The notes under the pieces are model-generated. The model had not been told where the DNA came from and did no database searches. It was given only the letters and a program-made list of their open reading frames with translations. Positions 7,297 through 15,812 of a DNA stretch of 22,213 nucleotides are shown here, piece by piece. The DNA is from Thermotogota bacterium (lineage in GTDB: Bacteria; Bipolaricaulota; Bipolaricaulia; UBA7950; UBA9294), in contig JBDKUT010000142.1 in NCBI GenBank assembly GCA_039679545.1, positions 1 to 22,213 of the forward strand, read 5' to 3'. Position numbers and translations under genes: made by a program. Each line of letters begins with the position of its first letter. The stretch's first letter is position 1.

Positions 7297-9258
7297 CTAG
7301 CTGCGCGACGGACCGTTCGTCTTCGGATCGTAACGCTTCCACCCGTTGCGGCCGCGGTTCTTAACGTTGTACATCGCGGCGTCGGCCTTTTGAAGGAGAC
7401 GGCTCCCGTCATCGCCGTCGTCGGGGTAGAGGGCGATGCCGATGCTGGCAGACAGTCCGCGGGCGAGGTCGGCGACGCGGAATGAATCCCGAAGGGCTTG
7501 AAGAATCTTCTCCGCCGCCAGCTCGGCATCCTTCGGGGAATCGATCCCCGGCAGGAGGGCCACGAACTCGTCACCCCCCAGACGCGCCACCGTGTCGCTC
7601 GCGCGCAGCGCTTCGCGCAACCGTGCCGCCACCTCTTTCAGCACGCGATCGCCGGCGGCGTGGCCGTGGACGTCGTTCACCTGCTTGAACTTGTCGAGGT
7701 CAAGGTAGAAGACCGCCAGGCGCTCCAGGTTTCTCATCGCGCGAGCAATCTCAAGCGACAGCACGTCGTTGAGCGCGCTGCGCGTCAGGAGCCCCGTGAG
7801 CGGGTCGTGCGTCGCAAGGAACGTCAGCTCCTCCTGCTGACGCAAGAGCTCGGTGACGTCGCGGATAATGCCTTGGTAGACGAGCTCGCCTGTCCCGGGG
7901 AGCTTGTCGGCGATCGCCGTCAAGAGACACCGAACGAGCGTGCCGTCCTTCTTGCGCAACGGCACCGGGTAGCTCGTGACAAACCCCTTCTCGGCGATGG
8001 CGGCGCGGAAGGCGTCTCGATCCTCAGGCCGCGCGTACAGGTCGTTCGCCGTCTTCGCCATGATCTCGTCCCTCGAGTACCCGAACAGCTCCACGAACGC
8101 CGGGTTCACGTCCACAAAGCGTCCGTCCTCCGCCGTGATGTAGAGCGGATCGCGTGACGAGTCGAACAGATTGTGATATCGCTTCTCACTCTGCGCCAAC
8201 GCGGTCTGAGACTCCTCGATCGACGCAAGCATGCTGTTGATGTTCGTGGCCAGCCCCCCGAGCTCGTCCTTCCCTTCTGCGGCCACGCGCGCCGACGAAT
8301 CCTTGTCGCGAGCGATCTGCGCCACCCGGCGCGTGATCCTCACCATCCTCCTCAGCACGCGTCGGTCGGTGAAGACGACGAATCCGCCGGCCAGGACGGC
8401 GAACGACACGAAGGCGCCGATCGTTAGGCTCCGCAGCGTTCTCATGCCTGCCATGTACGTGATGCGCGGCATATTGATCTCAAGGACGGCGACCGGCATC
8501 CCGTGCAGATCGCGCCAGAGGGTGTACCCCGCGACCGCCTTCTCGCTCCGTGGGACCATGGCGGTGGGCGTCTGCGCGGGATCGTCGCCCGTCAGAGCCG
8601 CCACAACGGCCGGGTCGTTTCCTGGATCGTTCATCGCGCGGAAGACGAGTGGAAGGATGACTTGAGCGGACAGCCGCTCGACCTCCACCGCGGTGAGGGT
8701 CCGCACAAGGACGAGGGTGCCACCCGCCGGAGGCTCGTGGGTGCTGGCCAAGATCGGGTGGATGGCCACGAGCGCCGGGGAGCCGTCGATCGAGAGAAAC
8801 CCGGTGCGACTGAGCGTGTTGGCGGGCGAAGGCGATGTCGGGACGACAGAGCGGACGGTCTCCATCATGCCCGCGGACGTCGTCGTCGACGCTTCCTTCT
8901 CCAGGTCGAACGCCCTCGCGTACACAAGGCTCCCCGAGCCGTCGTAGAAGGCGATCAGGTTGAGCCGCAGGTTGACGAGCGTGTCGGACATCAGGTTGTC
9001 GTCTACGAACTCGGGGTTCTTCCCCTGCACGAACTCAAGCGTGTCGTCCCACGCCGCCCAGTCGTGAGACGCCGTTTCCATACCCGCAAGCTCCGTGCCG
9101 ACCGCGTTGCGCGCCGCGTCGAGGTTGCGGCGCACGTCCATTCGTTCCATCTCGAGGAACTGGTTCCGTAAGTAAGGGGACACCACGCCGAAGAAGAACA
9201 CCACGGTGACAACCGCGACAACTGCAAGCCCTAAGGTCACCTGCGTGCGAAGCCGCAT
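7297..9258 (-). CDS. Membrane-bound diguanylate cyclase (CHASE4-HAMP-PAS-GGDEF)
   Basis: Two TM helices around DWAAWDDT (CHASE4), GKDELGGLA (HAMP), DVNPAFVELFGYS (PAS), HDPLTGL, DLDKFKQVND.HGH..GD, and an RASD I-site five residues before an intact GGDEF. Confidence 0.95.
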   Translation of the reverse strand: MRLRTQVTLGLAVVAVVTVVFFFGVVSPYLRNQFLEMERMDVRRNLDAARNAVGTELAGMETASHDWAAWDDTLEFVQGKNPEFVDDNLMSDTLVNLRLNLIAFYDGSGSLVYARAFDLEKEASTTTSAGMMETVRSVVPTSPSPANTLSRTGFLSIDGSPALVAIHPILASTHEPPAGGTLVLVRTLTAVEVERLSAQVILPLVFRAMNDPGNDPAVVAALTGDDPAQTPTAMVPRSEKAVAGYTLWRDLHGMPVAVLEINMPRITYMAGMRTLRSLTIGAFVSFAVLAGGFVVFTDRRVLRRMVRITRRVAQIARDKDSSARVAAEGKDELGGLATNINSMLASIEESQTALAQSEKRYHNLFDSSRDPLYITAEDGRFVDVNPAFVELFGYSRDEIMAKTANDLYARPEDRDAFRAAIAEKGFVTSYPVPLRKKDGTLVRCLLTAIADKLPGTGELVYQGIIRDVTELLRQQEELTFLATHDPLTGLLTRSALNDVLSLEIARAMRNLERLAVFYLDLDKFKQVNDVHGHAAGDRVLKEVAARLREALRASDTVARLGGDEFVALLPGIDSPKDAELAAEKILQALRDSFRVADLARGLSASIGIALYPDDGDDGSRLLQKADAAMYNVKNRGRNGWKRYDPKTNGPSRS

Positions 9259-9398
9259 CGAACCCCCATTCAAGGCCGCCTACTCACGTCACTCTTGTAC
9301 GTCTCGATGCTTCCTTCTTCTCGAGCGTATCCAGACTAGCGCGGCCCCCTCGAAACGTGCAAACCTCGACCGAATCCAGTGCCCAGCACGGAGCCCAC

Positions 9399-9436
9399 GG
9401 GAAAAGAGGGACGCCGGCCTGCAGGCCGGCGTCCCC
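9399..9436 (-). terminator. Rho-independent terminator of hppA
   Basis: Perfect 28-bp palindrome GGGACGCCGGCCTGCAGGCCGGCGTCCC (9408-9435) followed on the - strand by TCTTTT. Confidence 0.8.
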
Positions 9437-9468
9437 ATCGTTTCGGGATGTGGTTCCTCTATTTGGAG

Positions 9469-11805
9469 CTAGGCCTTCGCCTTCTCCGGCTTCTTCTCCT
9501 CGAACGGCTTGGCGGGCTTCTTGCTCCACCAGATCGCGACGCCGACCGCGAGGAGCAGACCGACGGCGAGGAGGATCGTTCCGACGCTCATCTTGCTGTA
9601 CGTGACGAGGATCGGAGCGGCCAGCAGGCTGACCATGTTCACGACCTTGATCATCGGGTTCAGCGCCGGGCCGGCCGTGTCCTTCAGCGGATCGACGACG
9701 GTATCGCCGACAACGCTGGCCTTGTGCCGCTCGGAGCCCTTTCCGGTGTTCGCCTTGAGGTCGCGGGGCTCGTCCTCGATCGACTTCTTCGCGTTGTCCC
9801 ACGCGCCGCCCGCGTTCGCCATGTACACGGCGAGCATCTGGCCGCTCAGGATGACGCCCGCGAGGAATCCGCCCAGCGCCTCGACCTGCAGGATCAGCCC
9901 GATGGCGATCGGCAGGAACACCGAGATGACGGCGAGCGGGATGAGTTCCTTCTGCGCCGCGCTGGTCGAGATGCCGACCGCCTGTGCATAGTCCGGCTTG
10001 ACCTTCCCCTCCATCAAGCCGGGGATACGGAACTGCCGTCGGACTTCCTCGACGATCAGGCCCGCGGCGCGGCTGACGGCCTTGATGCACAGCGAGCTGA
10101 ACAGCCACGGAAGCGCACCACCGAGCAGGAAGCCGATGAACACTTTGACTTCCGAGATGCGGATCGCGCCGAGAACCTTGTCCGCCGGCACGCCAAGCTG
10201 CATCTGCACCCGGCCGACGTCCGTGAAGTACGTCGCAAACAGCGTGATCGCGGCAATGACCGCCGAGGCGATCGCTACGCCCTTCGTGATCGCCTTCGTC
10301 GTGTTCCCGACGGCGTCGAGGTCGGCCATGATCTGGCGGGCCTTCTTCGTCTCCGCGTCCTCCATGCCGTGCCACGCCATCTCGCCGATGCCGTTGGCGT
10401 TGTCCGAGATCGGGCCGTACGAGTCCATCGCCACGTTGTTGCCCGTGTGGCTCAGCATGCCGATGCCGACCATCGCGATGGCGTACATGACGTACGTGGC
10501 GTTCATCTCGCCGCCGTACAGGGCGAGCGCGGCAATGAAGCTGATGACGATGGCGAGAAGGGCCCACACGCTCGATTCCATACCGACCGAGAGGCCGGAC
10601 AGGATCGTCGTCGCCGGGCCGGTCTTCGTGGACTCGACGATCTCCTTCACCGGCTTGCGCTTCGTCGACGTGAAGTACGACGTCAGCGGGTTGAAGGCGA
10701 CGGCCAGCGCCACGCCGATCGACGTGAGCATCGCCAGCCGCCAGTCGCCGGCGTAGAAGATGGCGACCAGGAACGAGCAGACGATCGTGTTCACGCTCGA
10801 GACTTCATACGAGCGAAACATTGCTTCCTCCGCATCGTGCGCGCGCATGAACTTGATCGGGAACTTGACCCACAGCGGAACCGTGAACGTCCCGAGGATC
10901 GAGCTGATGACACCGATCGCGCGGATGATGAGCGGGAATACGATCCACTTCAGGCTGTGGGTCGGGTCGACGGCCATCAGCGCGAGTCCGAGCATCAGCC
11001 CCGACACGATCGTGACTTCGTAGCTCTCGAAGATGTCGGCCGCCATGCCGGCGCAGTCGCCGACGTTGTCGCCGACGAGGTCCGCGATGACCGCCGCATT
11101 CCGCGGGTCGTCCTCGGGGATGTCCTTCTCGACCTTACCGACGAGGTCGGCGCCGACGTCGGCGGCCTTCGTGTAGATTCCGCCGCCGATTCGCATGAAC
11201 ATCGCGAGGAGCGTTCCGCCGAACCCGAATCCGAGGAGGGCGTCCGGCGCCGCGGTGCCGAAGACAATGAAGATGATCGTCCCGCCAAACAGACCGAGGC
11301 CGTCCGTCAGCATCCCGGTGATCGTCCCGGCGTAGTAGGAAATCGAGAGCGCCTCGTTGAAGCTGCGACGCGCGGCCGAGGCTGCGCGCACGTTGGCCTG
11401 GATCGCCATGCGCATGCCGAGCTGACCGACGAGGAGCGAGAACAACGCGCCCATCATGAACGCGATCGTACGGCCGATGGCGACAACGATGACGGCGTTG
11501 CCCCCGAACTCGGCCGTCGCCTCCGCGCTCGGCTTGACGATGTAGACGCTCAGGAAGAGAACAACTGCCAGAACCGCCACCACCGGCAGGATGCGCTTAA
11601 GCTGGCGGCTCAGGTAGCTGTCCGCGCCAATGCGGATCGCGTTCCAGACTTCCTGCATCTGCGCCGTTCCCTTGTCCTTTTTCATGACAACCCGTCGTAG
11701 GAACCAGGCGTACACGAGGCTGAGGAACGCCGTAAGCAGAATGCAGAGAATCGCGATCTGCTCGAAGTTGTTGAGACCGTGCTTCGCTAGTCCGAGTAGG
11801 TTCAT
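9469..11805 (-). CDS. hppA: Membrane-bound ion-translocating pyrophosphatase, K+-independent signature
   Basis: GGGIYTKAADVGADLVGKVE, EDDPRN, DNVGDCAG, DAVGNTTKA, GGAWDNAKK, DPLKDTAGP. GAGG SD before ATG 11805. Confidence 0.97.
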   Translation of the reverse strand: MNLLGLAKHGLNNFEQIAILCILLTAFLSLVYAWFLRRVVMKKDKGTAQMQEVWNAIRIGADSYLSRQLKRILPVVAVLAVVLFLSVYIVKPSAEATAEFGGNAVIVVAIGRTIAFMMGALFSLLVGQLGMRMAIQANVRAASAARRSFNEALSISYYAGTITGMLTDGLGLFGGTIIFIVFGTAAPDALLGFGFGGTLLAMFMRIGGGIYTKAADVGADLVGKVEKDIPEDDPRNAAVIADLVGDNVGDCAGMAADIFESYEVTIVSGLMLGLALMAVDPTHSLKWIVFPLIIRAIGVISSILGTFTVPLWVKFPIKFMRAHDAEEAMFRSYEVSSVNTIVCSFLVAIFYAGDWRLAMLTSIGVALAVAFNPLTSYFTSTKRKPVKEIVESTKTGPATTILSGLSVGMESSVWALLAIVISFIAALALYGGEMNATYVMYAIAMVGIGMLSHTGNNVAMDSYGPISDNANGIGEMAWHGMEDAETKKARQIMADLDAVGNTTKAITKGVAIASAVIAAITLFATYFTDVGRVQMQLGVPADKVLGAIRISEVKVFIGFLLGGALPWLFSSLCIKAVSRAAGLIVEEVRRQFRIPGLMEGKVKPDYAQAVGISTSAAQKELIPLAVISVFLPIAIGLILQVEALGGFLAGVILSGQMLAVYMANAGGAWDNAKKSIEDEPRDLKANTGKGSERHKASVVGDTVVDPLKDTAGPALNPMIKVVNMVSLLAAPILVTYSKMSVGTILLAVGLLLAVGVAIWWSKKPAKPFEEKKPEKAKA

Positions 11806-11873
11806 GGGTCCTCTCACCGAAAGCGTGTAGTTTTCCGGCCTGCGTCTGAAACTTCGCCGCCGAACTGGCTGTG

Positions 11874-11902
11874 GTTTTAGTGGATGCGGACCGCGAAGTC
11901 AA
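11874..11902 (-). promoter_or_regulatory. Sigma70-like promoter of hppA
   Basis: On the - strand, TTGACT-17 nt-TAAAAC, about 70 nt upstream of the start. Confidence 0.55.
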
Positions 11903-12048
11903 GGCCGAAGCGAAGCCCAGCCCATGGGCCGAACTCCACCAGGAAGCATCATGTTGTCCCCATCCCTAGAGGAGATTTCCCATGGGGCGCGAGTACGTAG
12001 TCCCGCGATGTGGGACTGCGATGAGGGCCATCGTTCGCGCGGGCTCGG

Positions 12049-12735
12049 TCAGTCAAGAGGGATCCAGGTCGTCCCGCAGCAGGTGAACTCGACGCTGAGG
12101 TCGTCCCGGGTCTGATGACGCGCGAGGATGACGGCGACGGACTTCCCGGGGACCAGGTCGACGTCTTGTGGGTCGCCGCTCGCAAGCGGAATCGCGAACT
12201 CGAGCGTCGTCTCTCCGTGAAGCTCGGTCCCGCCCGCCTCGAGGAGCGACGACACCCGGTCGCGGCGATGTTGAGTCCGCGAGACGCCGTAGTGGTCCTC
12301 GAGGGTGACGTCGCCGTCTCGGACACATCCGATGATGATGTTCGCACCGGCCTCAGCGTCGCGGCCGCCGAACCCGACGGCCGCGCATCCGGTGCCAGGA
12401 CTAATCAGGCCCACGTAGAGCGTCGTCGCGTCGTTCTGCCAAAAGAGAGACATCCCCGTGTTCGGTTCGTAGAGCCAGTGTCGGTACTCGCGAGCGTAGA
12501 TGAGGCCGTCGGCGTTCGGTTCGCCAGGAGCCCCGAAAGCCGAAGAGACGGGCATCGTTGCCATCTGAGCGGCCCCGCTCTTCCCTGCAGAAGCTCCGGA
12601 TCCGGAGAACGTGAGGGGCATCGCGAGCGTAGACGTCTCCGACGCTGCCGAGGCGTTGCGCAGGGCAAGCGCTCCTCCGACCCCGATTCCGAGCAGCGCG
12701 AGCACACCGACGAGCGAAACGATTGTGCTCTTCAT
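12049..12735 (-). CDS. Exported DOMON-domain protein, paralog of 1738-2544
   Basis: GGAGG SD before ATG 12735 and a signal/TM N-terminus. Shares DG.I..EY.H, W.NDA..L.VGLISPGTG..A.GF, GAN, D.YG and EF...L.SGD..D..LVPG with DOMON 1. Confidence 0.85.
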   Translation of the reverse strand: MKSTIVSLVGVLALLGIGVGGALALRNASAASETSTLAMPLTFSGSGASAGKSGAAQMATMPVSSAFGAPGEPNADGLIYAREYRHWLYEPNTGMSLFWQNDATTLYVGLISPGTGCAAVGFGGRDAEAGANIIIGCVRDGDVTLEDHYGVSRTQHRRDRVSSLLEAGGTELHGETTLEFAIPLASGDPQDVDLVPGKSVAVILARHQTRDDLSVEFTCCGTTWIPLD

Positions 12736-12876
12736 GCGTCCTCCCTCAGCATCCCTTCTCACCGTCTGCAGACGCGCAGCAAAGAGAGCGCCACACGACA
12801 TCCCGAATCTACGACCGCAATGTGGAGCCGAGGTGAAGACCCGAGGGGGAGTCCGTGGATCTCGCGGGACGCCGGC

Positions 12877-13320
12877 TCAGAACTCAAGAACGAGCAGCAC
12901 CGCCGGGAGAATCGTGAGCGCCGCGCAGAAGATGACTTGGAGAAGGGATATCGTGCTCCGTCGGGGAACCTCCACCATCTGTATCCTGGGCACGTCCACC
13001 ATCTGAACGCCGAGCCGCCACCCGACGAACGCGGCTATCAACCGCGAGAGCCCAGTCCCGAGGAAGGCTATCTGGACGAGGGGCTCATACCATTCCTCCC
13101 GCAGCCCGACCGAGGTGCCGATGAGCACCGCAATGAGCACACCGTCTACGACCATCACGAGGGCTGCCGTGGTCGCGATCGTGCGCGCACGTCGGGGGTC
13201 GGAGAGCCGAATCTGCCGCACATCGAGCCGTGGCACACCTCGATAGATCCGCCAGCGGACGAGGTAGAAGAGGATCCAGACCGCGATATACCCACCAAGG
13301 AATAACAGCGCCCGCGTCAC
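12877..13320 (-). CDS. Hypothetical 4-TM membrane protein (paralog A)
   Basis: AAAGGAG SD before GTG, TAGAAT -10-like box at 13352-13357, four hydrophobic segments, similar to 15338-15784. Confidence 0.75.
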   Translation of the reverse strand: MTRALLFLGGYIAVWILFYLVRWRIYRGVPRLDVRQIRLSDPRRARTIATTAALVMVVDGVLIAVLIGTSVGLREEWYEPLVQIAFLGTGLSRLIAAFVGWRLGVQMVDVPRIQMVEVPRRSTISLLQVIFCAALTILPAVLLVLEF

Positions 13321-13546
13321 GACTCACTCCTTTCCGCCATGTTCTCCGGAGATTCTATACCACTACCGTGTACTTCATGGAAGTGCATGTCGTGGTCATG
13401 TCGATTCCGCAATCCATAGATCGGCAGGCGATGTACTGCTTGGAAGAAGCTCTCGCTTCGCTCCGCGAACCGGGCCTGCGGTACAATCCCCGTCCCCACG
13501 GCGGCATCGGGAAGCTGTTCGTCGGACGGGACGGAGGGGTGACGAA

Positions 13547-15316
13547 GTGAAGTCTCTACGCGCGGTGCTCCATCACGTAAAGCGGTACAAGCTGCCGCTT
13601 GCGCTGACGATGCTCAGCATGCTGGCCCTCGTCGGCATCCAGCTCGTCGGCCCGTGGCTCGTCAAGCTGATGGTCGCCGCCGTCACGGCCCCCGGCGCCG
13701 GGCCCGAGGTCCTCGGCCTGATCGCCCGGTTGGCGCTCATCACGCTCGGCATCTACATTCTCCGCGCCGTGATGCAGTTCGTGCGCAGCTACGCAGCCCA
13801 CGTCGCTGGCTGGCACGTCGTCGCCGACGTCCGCGACGAGGTTTACCGCCATCTGCAGCGGCTGTCGCTCCGCTTCTACGAGAACCGGCAGACCGGGCAG
13901 CTCATGTCCCGCACGGTGAACGACACCGAGCTGCTCGAGCAGCTGGTCGCCCACGCGATCCCCGACCTCCTCGTCAACATCCTGCTCCTGATCGGCGTCA
14001 CCGCCGTCCTCATGACCATGAGCTGGCAGCTCGCCTTGCTCAGCATGATCCCGATCCCCCTTGTCGTCCTCGCGATGCGCGGATTCTCACGCTACGTCCG
14101 CCCGGCGTTCCGTCGCCGCCAGGCCGAGCTCGGCGAACTGAACGCCGCGCTGAACGACAACATCTCGGGGATCCGCGAGATCCAGGCGTTCACGCGCGAG
14201 GACACGGAGGGCGAGCGAATCTGGAGCCGCATCGTCCGCTACCGCGACTCGCTCTTGCGCGCGCTGAAACTCATGGCCGTGTTCCATCCCGCCGTCGAGT
14301 TCTCCGCGTCCCTCGGAACCGTGATCCTTATCTACTTCGGCGGGAAGCTCGTCCTGAATCAGACGCTCGCCGTCGCCGACCTCGTCGCGTACTTCCTCTA
14401 CCTCGAGCTCCTCTACCAGCCGGTCCGAGCGCTGTCCGGTGTGTGGGAGTCGATCCAGCAGTCGGCGGCGGGCGCCGACCGCATCGCGGAGCTGCTCGAG
14501 CAGGAGCCCGACGTCGCCGAGCGTCCCAACGCCACCGAGCTTCCGGGCCGTGCCCAAGGCGCGATCCGCTTTGAGAATGTGAGCTTCCGCTACAGCGCCG
14601 GCGACATGGTCCTCGAAGGGATCAACCTCGACGTGCCGCCAGGGTCCGTCGTCGCCCTCGTCGGCCCGACGGGGGTCGGCAAGACGACCCTCTCCCTGCT
14701 CATCCCTCGCTTCTACGACGTCTGCGACGGGGCGATCACCCTCGACGGCCACGACGTTCGGGACCTTACCCTGGAGAGCCTACGGCAGCAGACGAGCCTC
14801 GTGCTCCAGGAGGTCTTCCTCTTCCACGGCACCGTGCGCGAGAACATCCTGTTTGGGCGCCCGGGCGCGACCGACGAAGAGATGATGAACGCCGCGCGCG
14901 TCGCGAATGCACACGCGTTCATCGCTGAGCTTCCGGATGGGTATGAAACCCTGATCGGCGAGCGCGGCGTCAAGCTCTCCGGCGGGCAGCGTCAACGCCT
15001 CGCCATCGCGCGTGCCGTTCTGAAGGACGCCCCGATCCTCATCCTCGACGAGGCGACGTCGTCCGTCGACACGGAGACCGAACTCCTGATCCAGCAGGCG
15101 CTGGAACGTCTCATGCGCGGCCGCACGACGGTCGTCATCGCCCACCGCCTCTCGACGATCCGCAGCGCTGACAAGATCGTCGTCCTCCAAGAGCGCCGCA
15201 TCGTCGAGGAGGGTACGCACCAAGAACTCATGGCCCACGACGGTCTGTACCGACACCTGAACCAGGTACAAGCCCAGGACGCCTCGTGGCAGGCGTCGCT
15301 CCAGGAAGGGCAGTAG
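13547..15316 (+). CDS. ABC exporter, fused permease/ATP-binding subunit (MsbA/Sav1866-like)
   Basis: 6-TM domain, Walker A GPTGVGKT, LSGGQRQR signature, Walker B ILILDEATS, AHR H-loop. GGAGG SD and a TACAAT box at 13482-13487. Confidence 0.96.
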   Translation: MKSLRAVLHHVKRYKLPLALTMLSMLALVGIQLVGPWLVKLMVAAVTAPGAGPEVLGLIARLALITLGIYILRAVMQFVRSYAAHVAGWHVVADVRDEVYRHLQRLSLRFYENRQTGQLMSRTVNDTELLEQLVAHAIPDLLVNILLLIGVTAVLMTMSWQLALLSMIPIPLVVLAMRGFSRYVRPAFRRRQAELGELNAALNDNISGIREIQAFTREDTEGERIWSRIVRYRDSLLRALKLMAVFHPAVEFSASLGTVILIYFGGKLVLNQTLAVADLVAYFLYLELLYQPVRALSGVWESIQQSAAGADRIAELLEQEPDVAERPNATELPGRAQGAIRFENVSFRYSAGDMVLEGINLDVPPGSVVALVGPTGVGKTTLSLLIPRFYDVCDGAITLDGHDVRDLTLESLRQQTSLVLQEVFLFHGTVRENILFGRPGATDEEMMNAARVANAHAFIAELPDGYETLIGERGVKLSGGQRQRLAIARAVLKDAPILILDEATSSVDTETELLIQQALERLMRGRTTVVIAHRLSTIRSADKIVVLQERRIVEEGTHQELMAHDGLYRHLNQVQAQDASWQASLQEGQ

Positions 15317-15337
15317 CCGCCGGCTCGGCGGACGCGG

Positions 15338-15784
15338 TCAGCCGCGCAGATAGACGACGAGAACGACCGTCGTGACGGCGACAAACGCGGTCGCAAGGCC
15401 CAGCTCAGCCGCGGACCGCCAGGTTCGCCGCAACGCCGTCGCCACGTGGCTCCGGAGCCCGACGCTCACGACCCGGAATCCGAACCCCCACTCGACGAGG
15501 CTGATGAGGAACCACGACGCCGCGGCGATGACGCCAGCGGCGCGGATCCCAAGCGGCCAGACCCCCTTGAACGTGCCGTTCACGATGAACCAAACGACGA
15601 GAAGCGCAAGAATCAGGATCGCCGTGCCGGCGCCGCACGCCGCCATGGCCACCTTGCGCCCCGTCGGAACGGACGCGCTCGTCCGATCCGCGGCCGGCGC
15701 ACGCCGATAGAGAAGCGACCGAGCGGATTCGAGCGCGAGCACGGCGGCCAGGTATCCGAAGAGCAGCCAAAGGTCCGAAGTCAT
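15338..15784 (-). CDS. Hypothetical 4-TM membrane protein (paralog B)
   Basis: GGGAGG SD, TAGAAT at 15810-15815, four hydrophobic segments, similar to 12877-13320. Confidence 0.75.
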   Translation of the reverse strand: MTSDLWLLFGYLAAVLALESARSLLYRRAPAADRTSASVPTGRKVAMAACGAGTAILILALLVVWFIVNGTFKGVWPLGIRAAGVIAAASWFLISLVEWGFGFRVVSVGLRSHVATALRRTWRSAAELGLATAFVAVTTVVLVVYLRG

Positions 15785-15812
15785 AGTCGAGGGTCCTCCC
15801 GTTCGTTCGATT

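Noticed and set aside
7203..7574. N-terminal extension of the 5811-7574 ORF
   Set aside because: It overlaps the GGDEF gene, and a strong SD plus signal peptide place the start at 7202.
9357..9420. GCAAACC...GAAA..GGGACGC resembling a c-di-GMP-I riboswitch beside the cyclase
   Set aside because: It is on the wrong strand for the cyclase, the spacing is wrong, the GCAAAGCC continuation is absent, and GGGACGC belongs to the hppA terminator.
9379..11700. 773-aa ORF on the + strand
   Set aside because: It is the antisense shadow of hppA produced by GC-rich codon bias; Arg/Asp/His-rich with no recognisable motif.
11996..12020. Hairpin CGTAGTCCCGC-GAT-GTGGGACTGCG as terminator of DOMON 2
   Set aside because: It relies on G-U pairs that form only on the + strand, and it has no U-tract in the gene's direction.
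13490..13534. CCGTCCC/GGGACGG stem that could occlude the ABC exporter SD
   Set aside because: If TACAAT at 13482 is the -10 box, the 5' arm starts before the likely TSS, so most of the stem would not be in the mRNA.
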